Of a stretch of 64,000 bases of DNA, positions 1 to 9,627 are shown piece after piece (the first letter of the stretch is position 1; every line of letters starts with the position of its first letter). The stretch is from an uncultured Chloroflexia bacterium. GTDB lineage: Bacteria > Chloroflexota > Limnocylindria > QHBO01. Made by a program: the position numbers and the translations under genes. The stretch lies in contig CAWJOA010000006.1 of NCBI GenBank assembly GCA_963844415.1, forward strand, positions 550,494 to 614,493, given 5' to 3'. The notes beneath the pieces were generated by a model, which did no database searches, was not told the DNA's origin, and saw only the letters and a program-made list of their open reading frames with translations.

Positions 1-29
1 GCACGGTCGTTGCCTGGCGCGGCGAGCGG

Positions 30-1061
30 GTGACCGTGGACGCATTGCCCGAGCGGGCGGCGCGCCTCGACGACCGGATGGCGCGCGAGCAGGCCTACGC
101 CCTCTACACCGACGCGCTCGACGCGCTCAACCCGCTCTATGTCCAGCGCCTCGACGCCTGGCGCGCTGCCGGCGACCCCGTGGCCCTGGCGGCGAAGGAG
201 GGAACCGACCCGGCCGCCATGCTCGCCAGCCTCGAGCGCTTCTCGTTCAACGTCGAGACCCCGTACTACGCGGCACTCCGGCGCTACCTCGCGCTCATCG
301 GAATCGAGCAGGGCGACGCCGGCGAGGCCGACCTCTGGTACGTCGAGCGCGGCAGCTCGTGGTCGAGCTGGTTCGGCGCGCGCGAGGTCGGGCGCGCCCT
401 GGAGGCCGCACGGCGCACGCCCCTCGAGGTTTCCGAGGTCGACGGCTGGCGCGCGGTTGCCGCACAGCTGCGCGGCGAGTCGAGCGACGTCTTCGGTACG
501 AGCGTGGTCGGCGCCGCCTACGAGACACTCGTCGCCGACCCCGACTGGCTCACCGCCGAGATCGAGATGGCCCCCGACGAGGTGGCTGCCTTCGTCGACT
601 TCGCCACCTTCGTGCGCCTCATGCACCTGCGGCGCGCGCAGGCGGAGCTCACCTACGAGCTGCGGCTCTACGCCGCGACCGATGCCGCGCTCCAGCGCGC
701 CTACTACACCGGCATCGTCGGGCACCACATCGGCGCGAACGTGACCGAGGCCGCCTACCTGGCCGACATCGGTCAGCCGTTCGGATCGGTGCGCCGGCTC
801 GAGACGGCCCTGCTGGGATCGATGCTGGTCGAGGTCCTCGAGGAGCGGCACGGGCAGCACTGGTGGAGCGAAGAGCCCGCCGTCGCGCTCCTGGACCGCG
901 TCGGGGGCGCGACGTCGATGCCGGACGCGCTTGCCGAACTCGGGTATGATGCCCTGGACTGGAGACCCGTCCTGCGTCAGATCCGGACGCGGCTCATCGG
1001 CGAGATGAGCGGATACGGCGGGCCCAACATCACCACCCGTGCCGGGACCCGCAAGGTCTGA
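30..1061 (+). CDS. hypothetical protein (no family recognised)
   Basis: 343-aa ORF with protein-like composition. The GTG at 30 overlaps a TGA at 31-33 in the frame that is open from base 1 (GTGA), which suggests coupling to a gene ending at the window edge. I can name no diagnostic motif. Confidence 0.55.
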   Translation: MTVDALPERAARLDDRMAREQAYALYTDALDALNPLYVQRLDAWRAAGDPVALAAKEGTDPAAMLASLERFSFNVETPYYAALRRYLALIGIEQGDAGEADLWYVERGSSWSSWFGAREVGRALEAARRTPLEVSEVDGWRAVAAQLRGESSDVFGTSVVGAAYETLVADPDWLTAEIEMAPDEVAAFVDFATFVRLMHLRRAQAELTYELRLYAATDAALQRAYYTGIVGHHIGANVTEAAYLADIGQPFGSVRRLETALLGSMLVEVLEERHGQHWWSEEPAVALLDRVGGATSMPDALAELGYDALDWRPVLRQIRTRLIGEMSGYGGPNITTRAGTRKV

Positions 1062-1238
1062 TCCTTTGACCGCACGCGATCCCGAACCTCACTGCCCGAC
1101 CGTCGGTCGTGTCCGCCCGGAGGTCGTCCCCTTCCATGACCGATCCTGACGCCGGACCTCCGGCCGAGCAGGACGGTGCACCCCAAGCACATCGAGGTCT
1201 GATCCCCCAATGAAGCACCGCTGGCTGGCGAGGCGCAC

Positions 1239-2711
1239 ATGAACGACGACGCACGGCCGCAGCAGCAGCGTCGCCGATCGCGACGCGGCGCCAACAATGC
1301 CCCTCGCCGTCAGGGCGGGAACCAGCGCGGGTTCAGCCAACGCCGCCGCAACGACTACGCGTCGGGGCAGTACTCCTCCATCTTCACCGGTCCCTTCCCG
1401 ACCGATGCCGACGAGGACGGCCTGAACCTCACCGACCTCCAGGCGAAGCCGATCGACGAGCTGCGCGAGCTGGCGGCCGAGCACGACATCGAGGGCTCCG
1501 AGGAACTGGAGCACTCCGACCTCGTGCTCAAGCTGCTCGACGTCATCCCGCTGGCCCCGAGTCAGCCGCGCGACCGCAACGGGCAGCCGGGGGTCGCCGA
1601 GGGGATCCTCGAGATCGTCGACGAGGGCTTCGGGTTCCTGCGCGTGAACGGCGTGATGCCCTCGCCCCAGGACATCTACGTGTCCACGTCGCAGGTCCGC
1701 CGCTTCGGGCTGCGCACGGGCGATCGCGTCACCGGCCAGACCCGCCAGCCGAAGGACCAGGAGAAGTACTGGGGCCTGCTGCGCGTCGACACGGTGAACG
1801 GCGTCGAACCCGAGGTCGCCAAGCGCCGGCCGTACTTCGACTCGCTGGTGCCGGTCTTCCCCGACGAGATGTTCGACCTGGAGACCGACCAGAAGAACCT
1901 GACCCAGCGTCTCATCAACCTCATCAGCCCGGTGGGCAAGGGCCAGCGTGGCCTCATCCTGTCGCCGGCCAAGGCCGGCAAGACGACGGTGCTCAAGCAC
2001 ATCGCGGCGGGCATCACCGACAACTCGCCCGAAGCGCTGCTCATGGTCGCCCTCATCGGCGAGCGGCCGGAGGAGGTCACCGACATGGAGCGCTCGGTGA
2101 AGGGCGAGATCTACTCGAGCACCTTCGACGAGCCGACCGAGAACCACACCCGCGTCGCGGAGATGTGCCTCGAGATCGCCAAGCGGCAGGTCGAGACCGG
2201 GCGCGACGTCGTCATCCTGCTCGACTCGATCACGCGCCTGGCGCGGGCATACAACCTGGCCCTGCCGGCCTCGGGCAAGACCCTCTCCGGCGGCGTGGAT
2301 CCGGTCGCGCTGTACCCACCGAAGCGCTTCTTCGGCGCGGCGCGCAACATCGAGCACGGCGGCTCGCTGACGATCATCGCCACCTGCCTGGTCGACACCG
2401 GCTCGCGCATGGACGACGTGATCTACGAGGAGTTCAAGGGCACCGGCAACATGGAGCTGGCCCTCGACCGCAAGCTGTCCGAGAAGCGGATCTTCCCGGC
2501 CATCGACGTCCTGCGCTCCGGCACCCGGCGCGAGGAGCTGCTGCTCGACGAGAACGAGCTGCGGATGGTCTGGACGATGCGCCGGATGCTGTCCGCGGTC
2601 GGCCCGAACGAGGGCATCGAGCTGCTCATGCAGCGGCTCGGCAAGACCGCCAACAACGCCGAGTTCCTGGTCTCGCTCTCGAAGAGCGTCGAGGCCTCCG
2701 AGCGACCGTAG
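1239..2711 (+). CDS. rho: transcription termination factor Rho, with an Arg/Gln-rich N-terminal extension
   Basis: Shows the Rho N-terminal/CSD region (GILEIVDEGFGFLRV...YVSTSQVRRFGLRTGD), Walker A (SPAKAGKTT) and the RecA-like core through to the C-terminus. Confidence 0.95.
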   Translation: MNDDARPQQQRRRSRRGANNAPRRQGGNQRGFSQRRRNDYASGQYSSIFTGPFPTDADEDGLNLTDLQAKPIDELRELAAEHDIEGSEELEHSDLVLKLLDVIPLAPSQPRDRNGQPGVAEGILEIVDEGFGFLRVNGVMPSPQDIYVSTSQVRRFGLRTGDRVTGQTRQPKDQEKYWGLLRVDTVNGVEPEVAKRRPYFDSLVPVFPDEMFDLETDQKNLTQRLINLISPVGKGQRGLILSPAKAGKTTVLKHIAAGITDNSPEALLMVALIGERPEEVTDMERSVKGEIYSSTFDEPTENHTRVAEMCLEIAKRQVETGRDVVILLDSITRLARAYNLALPASGKTLSGGVDPVALYPPKRFFGAARNIEHGGSLTIIATCLVDTGSRMDDVIYEEFKGTGNMELALDRKLSEKRIFPAIDVLRSGTRREELLLDENELRMVWTMRRMLSAVGPNEGIELLMQRLGKTANNAEFLVSLSKSVEASERP

Positions 2712-2740
2712 TCTCGACCTCGCGCTGACCCACATGCGGC

Positions 2741-4123
2741 ATGCTTGAGCCGATGCGCGCCATGCGCCGACTCGCCGCCCTCGCCATGGCGCTCGTCCTG
2801 CTCGCGGCCTGCGACGCAGGGACCGCCTCCGACACCCCGTCACCGTCGGCGAGCCCGCCGTCCGCCGCCACGGCCGAGCCGTCCGCCAGTCCCGTCACCG
2901 GGGCGGTGGAGCCGGCGCCCGGCTCCGACAGCGAGGTGTACGCGCCGAATCCCGGCGCGATCGTCGTTGCCATCGACGCTGGCCATGGCGGATGCCTCGA
3001 CTGGGGCGTCCCCGACCCCTCGCAGCGCGGCGTGGAGCTGGCCGAGAAGACGATGACCCTGCTGATGGCGCAGCGCCTTCGGGATCGGCTCACTGCCGAC
3101 GGGATCGGCGTGCTGATGATCCGCGACGGCGACGTCGCGCTGGCCGGCGACCTCGAGCCGGACTTCGGCTGCGATGGGCCTCCATGGCGCGACGTCGATG
3201 GCGACGGGAACGCCGGCTTCGAGGAGAGCGGTCGGATCCGCACGCGCGACGAGCTCCAGGCCCGCATCGACATGGCCAACCTCGCCGCGGCCGATGCGTT
3301 CGTCAGCATCCACGTCAACTCGCCGACGGAGGGCGGCCAGGTGATCGAGATCGCTTTCGGCCAGACCTTCTACGATGACGAGACACCGTGGGGCCCAGCT
3401 GCGAGCTCGAGCCTGGCCAATGAGATCCAGCGCGGCGCCGTCGCCGCCATCGACCCGCTGACGACCTACACGCGCCAGGACCGCGGCACCGAGGCGGTCG
3501 CCTACTACGCGATCAGCCGCACCTGGGAGGGCGGGGACACGTGCGAGCGCGAGGGCGACGAATTCTGCAAGCCGCAGCGAGGGCTCCTCATGCCATCCGC
3601 GCTTGCCGAGGTCGGCTCGATCACGCTCCGCGCCGAGCACGACCTCCTTGCCTCCACGGCGGGCCAGGATGCCGTTGCCGACGGCCTCTTCGACGGACTC
3701 GTCGAGTTCTTCGCCGCCCGGCCGCTGGCCGGGCGCATCGGCCTGGCAGACGCGCCGGTCGGCGCCGCTCCGGAATCGGTCCCCGGTGTGGGGCCACCCT
3801 TCTGGCCGCCGCCCGCGCCCGACGGCTCGGTCGCGCTGCGGCTCACGAACACCGGGACCGAGGCATGGGCCGCCGGCTCGGTGCTCGTCGCCGGATGGGA
3901 GGTCACCGATGCGCCCTACCTTGCCGATGCACCCGAGAACCTCGCTGCGCTCGACGCCGAGATTCCGGCACTCGGGCCCGGCGAATCGGCCGTCGTCGGG
4001 GTCGATCTGCCCCCGGCCCCGACCGGGGGCCGCGCCGTGGCATGGATCTCGCTGTCGGTCGGGCGTGCATCCCTGGCCGACGGGGGGTCGGTCGCGCTTC
4101 AGCTCTCCAGCGAAGCGCCCTGA
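2741..4123 (+). CDS. N-acetylmuramoyl-L-alanine amidase (Amidase_3) lipoprotein with a C-terminal beta-sandwich-like extension
   Basis: Signal peptide plus lipobox-like LLAAC. Amidase_3 motifs are VVAIDAGHGG and FVSIHVNS. Confidence 0.85.
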   Translation: MLEPMRAMRRLAALAMALVLLAACDAGTASDTPSPSASPPSAATAEPSASPVTGAVEPAPGSDSEVYAPNPGAIVVAIDAGHGGCLDWGVPDPSQRGVELAEKTMTLLMAQRLRDRLTADGIGVLMIRDGDVALAGDLEPDFGCDGPPWRDVDGDGNAGFEESGRIRTRDELQARIDMANLAAADAFVSIHVNSPTEGGQVIEIAFGQTFYDDETPWGPAASSSLANEIQRGAVAAIDPLTTYTRQDRGTEAVAYYAISRTWEGGDTCEREGDEFCKPQRGLLMPSALAEVGSITLRAEHDLLASTAGQDAVADGLFDGLVEFFAARPLAGRIGLADAPVGAAPESVPGVGPPFWPPPAPDGSVALRLTNTGTEAWAAGSVLVAGWEVTDAPYLADAPENLAALDAEIPALGPGESAVVGVDLPPAPTGGRAVAWISLSVGRASLADGGSVALQLSSEAP

Positions 4124-4340
4124 TGTGCTGCCTACCGCACCAAACCGCATGACCCGCAGGTACCGTCCTGCCCTGGCGCGGAATCCGGTTGCCGGTCCGT
4201 TTTCACGCTGCTACCATGCGCCGAGCATGAGATCCGGCCATCGGCCACCGGCGGGAACGCTGACCTCCCGGTCGGACCGACAGGAGATTCATGCGACAGC
4301 GTTGACCCTTCAACCCGTGTAGGCGGAGCTGAGTTTCGTA

Positions 4341-5129
4341 TTGCCTGATCCGCGCCGGCGCCTTCGGCGTCTAACGAATTGGAGTCTGCCGACACGGGTG
4401 ATTGCTCACCTCTCCGTCGCCAGCCTCGTCGCCGCCGCCGGCTTCGCCGGACTCTCGGGGACCGCCGAGACAGGCGCCGACGGCGACCACTTCGCCGGAT
4501 CAGCCCCCTTCGTCACGACCGTCTACGGCAACACCGCTCCGAGCGAGCGCTCCGCGACGAGCCAGTACGACACCCGCGACGGCGCCAACGAGAAGGCCGC
4601 CATCCTCGACCGCAGCGCACGCGCCGAGCCCCCCGCGCCGAGCGGCCCGCTGCCACAGCCCGTGGCGGTCGATCCCGATGCCACGCCACTCCCGGCGCCC
4701 GGCAGCGTCGGGTCCGCGTCGACCTCCATCGGTGGCACCACGACGTCGGTCCGCGCCCCGAACGCCGCGCCCGCTGCCCTCGTGTGGCCGGTGCCGGCGG
4801 GCTCGATCAGCCAGTTCTATCACGCAGGGCACCTGGCACTCGACATCGCGGCGTCGTACGGCGCGCAGGTGTCGGCAGCCCAGGCCGGCGTCGTCACCAC
4901 GGCCGGCTGGCGGAACAACGGCGGCGGCAACGTGATCTCGATCGATCACGGCAACGGGATGGTCACCGTCTACAACCACCTCGGCTCGATCTGGGTCTCT
5001 CCCGGTCAGTACGTGTCCGCCGGGCAGGGGATCGGTGGAGTCGGCTGCACGGGCATGTGCACCGGGCCGCACGTTCACTTCGAGGTGATCGTGAACGGCA
5101 TCATCGACAACCCCCTCCGCTATCTGTAG
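4341..5129 (+). CDS. M23 family metallopeptidase (LytM-type)
   Basis: C-terminal M23 core HLALDI...ISIDHGNGMVTVYNHL...GPHVHFEV. The start is uncertain: TTG at 4341, or GTG at 4398 preceded by GGAG. Confidence 0.85.
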   Translation: MPDPRRRLRRLTNWSLPTRVIAHLSVASLVAAAGFAGLSGTAETGADGDHFAGSAPFVTTVYGNTAPSERSATSQYDTRDGANEKAAILDRSARAEPPAPSGPLPQPVAVDPDATPLPAPGSVGSASTSIGGTTTSVRAPNAAPAALVWPVPAGSISQFYHAGHLALDIAASYGAQVSAAQAGVVTTAGWRNNGGGNVISIDHGNGMVTVYNHLGSIWVSPGQYVSAGQGIGGVGCTGMCTGPHVHFEVIVNGIIDNPLRYL

Positions 5130-5204
5130 ACCGCGCCACACGGCGTCCGTCGACCCTGCCGCCACTGCCACCCGCGCCGATCGCAGGCGTATGCTCCGCC
5201 CCTG

Positions 5205-6482
5205 ATGCCCGGCTTCGCTGACCGCGCGCGCATCCTCGTCGCCGGTGGCGCCGGCGGCGCCGGCGCCAGCACCTTCCGACGCGAGGCGCACGTGCCCCGT
5301 GGCGGCCCGGACGGCGGAGACGGCGGCAGGGGCGGCAGCGTGATCCTCGTCGTCGAGGCCGGCCAGACGACGCTCGGCGACTTCCAGCGCAAGCGACACT
5401 TCCGCGCCCTTCCCGGCGGCCGCGGCACCGGCCGCAAGGCGCACGGCCGCAATGCCGCCGATGTCGTCGTCCGCGTCCCGCCCGGCACCGTCGTGCGCAC
5501 CCATCCCGACGGCGAGCGCATCGGCGAGCTGCTCGAGAGCGACGCCCGGCTCGTCGTGGCGCGCGGCGGACGCGGCGGGCGGGGGAACGCGCGCTTCGCG
5601 ACGCCGACGAACCGGGCACCACGCCACGCCGAGAAGGGCACGCCGGGCGAGGAGCGCTGGATCGAGCTCGAGCTGAAGCTCATCGCCGACATCGGCCTCG
5701 TCGGCGCGCCGAATGCCGGCAAGTCGACCCTGCTGGCGGCGCTCACCGAGGCCCGCCCGGAGGTCGGTGCCTACCCCTTCACGACGGTGAGCCCGAACCT
5801 CGGCGTGCTCGCGCTGGACGAGGACGGGGAGCGCTTCGCGGTCATCGCCGACGTCCCCGGCCTCATCGAGGGCGCCCACGAGGGCAAGGGGCTGGGCCAC
5901 CAGTTCCTGCGCCACGTCGAGCGCACGCGGGTGCTGGTCGGTGTCGTCGACGGTGCGGCGCGCGAGCCGGTGCCCGAGTGGGAGGCCGTCGCCGAGGAGC
6001 TGCGCCTGCACGACCCGGCGCTCGTTGAGCGACCGATGCCGCTCGTCGTCACCAAGCTCGACCTGCCCGAGGTGCGCGACCGCTGGCCGGAGATCCGCGA
6101 CCAGCTGGCCGGGGCGATCGGCGTGAGCGCCCACGACGGCACCGGGCTCGACGAGCTGCGCGCGCGCCTGGCGACCGCCCTCGACGAGGCCGAGGCCACC
6201 GCATCGGTCGAGCTGTCCGACGAGGACCGCATCGTCCATCGCTTCGACCCGCTGGCCGAGGGCTGGCAGGTCGTCGCGGAGGGCGACGGACTCAGGGTGC
6301 AGGGCCGGCGCATCGAGACCGCCGCCGCGCGCACGGACTTCGAGAACGACGAGTCGCGCGACCGCTTCTGGCGTCTCCTCGAGCGGCTCGGGATCGACGA
6401 GGAGCTCCGGAAGCGCGGCGCCGGACCGGGCACCACCGTCCACATCGGTCCAGCCGAGCTCGAATGGGGCGAGGACGAGTGA
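5205..6482 (+). CDS. obg: GTPase Obg/CgtA with a C-terminal OCT extension
   Basis: Glycine-rich Obg fold (GGDGGRGGSV), G1 motif GAPNAGKST and an OCT-like tail. Confidence 0.95.
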   Translation: MPGFADRARILVAGGAGGAGASTFRREAHVPRGGPDGGDGGRGGSVILVVEAGQTTLGDFQRKRHFRALPGGRGTGRKAHGRNAADVVVRVPPGTVVRTHPDGERIGELLESDARLVVARGGRGGRGNARFATPTNRAPRHAEKGTPGEERWIELELKLIADIGLVGAPNAGKSTLLAALTEARPEVGAYPFTTVSPNLGVLALDEDGERFAVIADVPGLIEGAHEGKGLGHQFLRHVERTRVLVGVVDGAAREPVPEWEAVAEELRLHDPALVERPMPLVVTKLDLPEVRDRWPEIRDQLAGAIGVSAHDGTGLDELRARLATALDEAEATASVELSDEDRIVHRFDPLAEGWQVVAEGDGLRVQGRRIETAAARTDFENDESRDRFWRLLERLGIDEELRKRGAGPGTTVHIGPAELEWGEDE

Positions 6483-7168
6483 CGATCGACCTCTTCGCCG
6501 CGCCGAGGACGCAGCGCGCCCCCGAGCAGACGGCCGAGGGCCCGAGGCGGATCGGGATTCTGGGCGGCACGTTCGACCCGCCGCACGTCGGGCACCTGTG
6601 GCTGGCGACGCTGGCGGCGGACGCCATCGGCCTCGACCGGGTGCTGTTCATGCCGGCCGCACAGCCGCCGCACAAGCCCGGCGACGTGATCGCGAGCGCG
6701 GCCGATCGACTGCTGATGACGCGCCTGGCGATCGCCGCCGACGAGTCCTTCGACCTGACGCTCATCGAGATGGAGCGCTCCGGGCCGTCGTACACGATCG
6801 ACAGCGTCGTCGAGCTGCGGGGCCTCTACGGCGACGACGCCGAGCTGTTCCTGCTCATGGCCGCCGACTCGCTGGCGCAGATCGACACGTGGCGCCAGCC
6901 CGACGAGCTGCTCGAGCGGATCGAGTGGGTGGTCGGGCCGCGGCCGGGCGTGGCGCTGCCGGATCGGTCGGCGCTGGAGGATCGGTTCGGCGAGAACGCT
7001 GCGCGCATCCACCTGCTCGACGGCCCGTCGCTCGACGTGAGCAGCACCGCGGTCCGCGAGCGAGTGGCGGCCGGGCACGCCATCCGCTACCTTGTGCCGC
7101 GCGGCGTCGAGGAGCTGATCGTCGATCGCGGGCTCTACCGCCGCGAGCGAAGGAGTGGCCCGTCCTGA
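6479..7168 (+). CDS. nadD: nicotinate-nucleotide adenylyltransferase
   Basis: GILGGTFDPPHVGH motif. The GTG at 6479 overlaps the obg TGA (GTGA); an alternative in-frame ATG lies at 6464. Confidence 0.9.
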   Translation: MTIDLFAAPRTQRAPEQTAEGPRRIGILGGTFDPPHVGHLWLATLAADAIGLDRVLFMPAAQPPHKPGDVIASAADRLLMTRLAIAADESFDLTLIEMERSGPSYTIDSVVELRGLYGDDAELFLLMAADSLAQIDTWRQPDELLERIEWVVGPRPGVALPDRSALEDRFGENAARIHLLDGPSLDVSSTAVRERVAAGHAIRYLVPRGVEELIVDRGLYRRERRSGPS

Positions 7169-7182
7169 CCGATCCCGACCGC

Positions 7183-7539
7183 GTGGAGATCCCGTCCGAT
7201 GCCGCCGAGCTCGCGCACCGGATCGTCGAGATCGCGTCCGACAAGAAGGGCAACGACATCGTCCTGCTGCGGACCGCCGAGCTCACCACCATGGCCGACT
7301 TCTTCGTGATCGCGTCGGGCCGCTCCGATCGCCAGGTCCAGGCGCTGGCCGGCGCGATCGTTGACGAGCTGCGCGACGAGGGGATTCGCCCGCTGGGCGT
7401 CGAGGGCAAGTCCTCCGCGCGCTGGGTGCTGCTGGACTACGGGAGCGTCATCGTGCACGTCTTCGCGCCCGAGGAGCGCGAGTACTACGGCCTCGAGCGG
7501 CTGTGGGGCAAGGCTGCCCAGGTCGTGCGCGTCGTCTGA
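7183..7539 (+). CDS. rsfS: ribosome silencing factor RsfS
   Basis: RsfS-like sequence DKKGNDIVLL...ADFFVIASGRSDRQVQA...WVLLDYGSVIVHVF. The start is uncertain (GTG at 7183 or CTG at 7165); the track ORF starting at 6598 is a read-through of nadD in another frame. Confidence 0.85.
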   Translation: MEIPSDAAELAHRIVEIASDKKGNDIVLLRTAELTTMADFFVIASGRSDRQVQALAGAIVDELRDEGIRPLGVEGKSSARWVLLDYGSVIVHVFAPEEREYYGLERLWGKAAQVVRVV

Positions 7540-7541
7540 CG

Positions 7542-7631
7542 CTACGACCTGGCGTCGTTGCGCGCGAGCGCGACGAGAACGAGCACGAAGATGGTTGCGA
7601 CCGTGAGGCCGATGATGAGCATGAGGCGCAT
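7542..7631 (-). CDS. candidate small hydrophobic peptide (29 aa, or 26 aa from the internal ATG at 7622)
   Basis: Hand translation gives MRLMLIIGLTVATIFVLVLVALARNDARS*. GAGG lies 9 nt upstream of the second ATG. The ORF is below the size cutoff of the track and there is no homology evidence. Confidence 0.25.
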   Translation of the reverse strand: MRLMLIIGLTVATIFVLVLVALARNDARS

Positions 7632-7754
7632 CCTCGTGGCGGCGCATAAGAGGATCGGCAGATTCGGGTGAAGAAGTTCTCATCACCGGAAGTACCGGGT
7701 GGGTCCCGAAGGGGTGGCCCATCGGTCCCATTGAGAGGGACTGCCCGGATTCCC

Positions 7755-8045
7755 ATGCTCGGCGCCATGACCGCCCAGGCGCGACGTTCGCGACCGATCG
7801 AGACCTGCCGCTTCTGCGACGGGGCGCTGCTGACGTCGGTGTTCGACACCGTCTTCCGCGACCCCGCGGCCGATGAGCGCCTCTTCTTCGCCATCCCCGG
7901 CGCGCTGTGCGTGCCGTGCCGCCAGCTCTACGTCGACCAGCAGCTGATCGGCATCCTCGGCCTCGACGGCGCGCGCTGCACGTTCGCGATCGAGTCCGAT
8001 CGCGTCCTCCAGACCGGCTCGGCGGGGCAGGCTCCCGCCGCCTAG
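7755..8045 (+). CDS. hypothetical zinc-ribbon protein (CxxC...CxxC)
   Basis: CRFCDG and CVPCRQ pairs, with GAGAGGGA about 14 nt upstream of the ATG at 7755. Its stop overlaps the holA stop in a shared CTAG. Confidence 0.5.
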   Translation: MLGAMTAQARRSRPIETCRFCDGALLTSVFDTVFRDPAADERLFFAIPGALCVPCRQLYVDQQLIGILGLDGARCTFAIESDRVLQTGSAGQAPAA

Positions 8046-9065
8046 GCGCGTCGCGCCAGCAGGTGCTCGCCGAGCCAGGCGGCGAGGGCGGGCTGCTCCT
8101 CCATCACGTTCGACTTGATCGCCAGGTCGGCCTCCCACAGGCCGATGAGCATCGCCTCGAGCTCCTCGCCGCGATAGCGCCTGGCGGCATCCACCAGCCG
8201 TTCGGCCACGCGCGCGTTGCCCCGTGCCACGCGCTTCGCGATCTCGGTCGGCGGCGTCTTCCGCGCCGCGAGGTCGCGCGCCACGATCAGGTCGCTCACC
8301 CGACCCGCCAGTGAGGCGAGGATCCGCAACCCGGGCTGGCCCTCGTCCAACGCGCGTTGCAGCGCCGCCGCCGCTGCGGCGGGCTCGCGCCGGTCGACGG
8401 CGTTCGTGATCGCGAAGACCGATGCGGGCCGCGTGTCCGCGGTCAGCGCCTCGACGTCGTCTGCGCTGATCGGCCGCTCGCCGGCGTAGGTGGCCAGCTT
8501 GCGCAGCTCCGAGTCGGCGATGCGCGTCATCTCGCCGCGCTCGACATCGGTCTCCCAGATCCCGCCGCCGATGCGCTCGGCGAGCACGTGCGCCGCCCGC
8601 GTCTCGACCTTCACGCCGATGCGCGCCGCGTGCGCGGTGATCCACCCGCGCAGCTCGCCGCGGCGCGGGGCGGCGTGCTCCTCGACGCGGCCGCCACGGG
8701 CCTTCACCGCTTCGGCCAGGCGCTTCAGCAGGGCCGGCGGCTTCGTGATGTCGCGTGACGGGCCGCTCCTCGAGCAGCGCCAGCGCCGAGCCGTCGGGCA
8801 GGTCGGTCACGAGCGCCAGCAGCTTGTCGGCCATCGCGGTCGAGCGGCCGGCGGCCTTGAGCGGCTGGCGGAGGACCGCCAGGTGCGAGCCGAAGAGGCT
8901 CATCGTGCCCGCCTCGAGCCGGGCGCGATCGATCGCGCCGTCGGGTGCCGATCCGGCGTTGACCTCGACGACGTCGGTCGCGTCGACCGAGGCCGCGAAG
9001 TCGCGGACCGCGGCGTCGAGGCCGAAGCCGTCGTCGCCGTGGACGAGGAGCAGCGAAACGCTCAT
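8042..9065 (-). pseudogene. holA: DNA polymerase III delta subunit, reading frame broken as assembled
   Basis: The N-terminal part (MSVSLLLVHGDDGFGLD...LALLEERP) lies in one frame from 9065. The C-terminal part (SRDITKPPALLKRLAEAVKARGGRVEE... to 8042) lies in another. The junction is at about 8757-8766. Confidence 0.8.
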
Positions 9066-9618
9066 GCGCCAGCGTCCCAGGCCGCGCGCAGGCGAGCGAC
9101 GAGGTCGTCGACCGACAGCTCGGTCGCCTCGGCCAGCTGCTCGTGAGGGCGTGTGCGGGCCGCCGCGCCGTCTCGATCGACTCGGCGTGCTCGGGATGCC
9201 GGACCTTCATGTCGTCCAGGCGCTCGTCGACGGTCATGAACGCCTGGCCCACGTGCCGGTCGGCGACGGCCACGAGGACCGACGGCCAGCCGATGGGATG
9301 GCGATCGTCGTCGAGGAGCGCATGTAGCGGATGGGAGGCGACCGGCATCGCGAGCTCGGGGTAGCCGAGCGTCTCGAGCCGCAGCGCCCCGACGATGCCG
9401 TGCTCGCCGCCGGTGCGGCGGACCTCGACCTTGTCGATGTCGTGGAGGAGTGCGGCCGCCTCGACCAGCGCGCCGTCCACCGGGATCGAGGCCTCGGCCA
9501 CCAGCCCGGCGGCCGCCACGGCGACGCGCGCCACGCCCTCGGAGTGGACGACGATGCCGTGTGGCAACCCAGCGTCGGCCAGCAGCCGTCGGGCGGTGTC
9601 TCGGTCGGGGATGGCCAC
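9062..9618 (-). pseudogene. HD-domain phosphohydrolase, reading frame broken as assembled
   Basis: GTG at 9618 and an HD motif (LLHDIDK). The last ~25 codons (HEQLAEATELSVDDLVARLRAAWDAGA*) are in another frame and end in an ATGA overlap with the holA start. The junction is at about 9141-9150. Confidence 0.7.
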
Positions 9619-9627
9619 GGACCGATG

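Noticed and set aside
1089-2843. A 584-aa minus-strand ORF antisense to rho. The track contains many similar long alternate-frame or antisense ORFs, for example 4500-6443, 16571-18829, 28388-29953, 55787-58729, 56263-58917 and 59693-60841.
   Set aside because: They are Arg/Pro/Gly/Ala-rich and low in complexity, and they overlap genes with clear family motifs on the other strand or frame. This is the expected stop-codon scarcity of very high-GC DNA.
4124-4340. A possible c-di-AMP (ydaO/yuaA) riboswitch in the 217-nt leader of the M23 peptidase gene, since cell-wall hydrolases often carry one.
   Set aside because: The region contains GAATCC and CCGACAG fragments. It lacks the conserved GGGGA.CCCA, ACGGGGUGAAUC and CAGCUAACCUCGUAAGCG blocks when compared by eye. 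An Infernal scan would be needed to revisit this.
9234-9627. Treating the full 947-aa track ORF as the true ComEC, with a long C-terminal tail.
   Set aside because: The last 130 or so residues are Pro/Ser/Arg/Trp-rich and overlap the same-strand HD gene, which has its own start and clear motifs.
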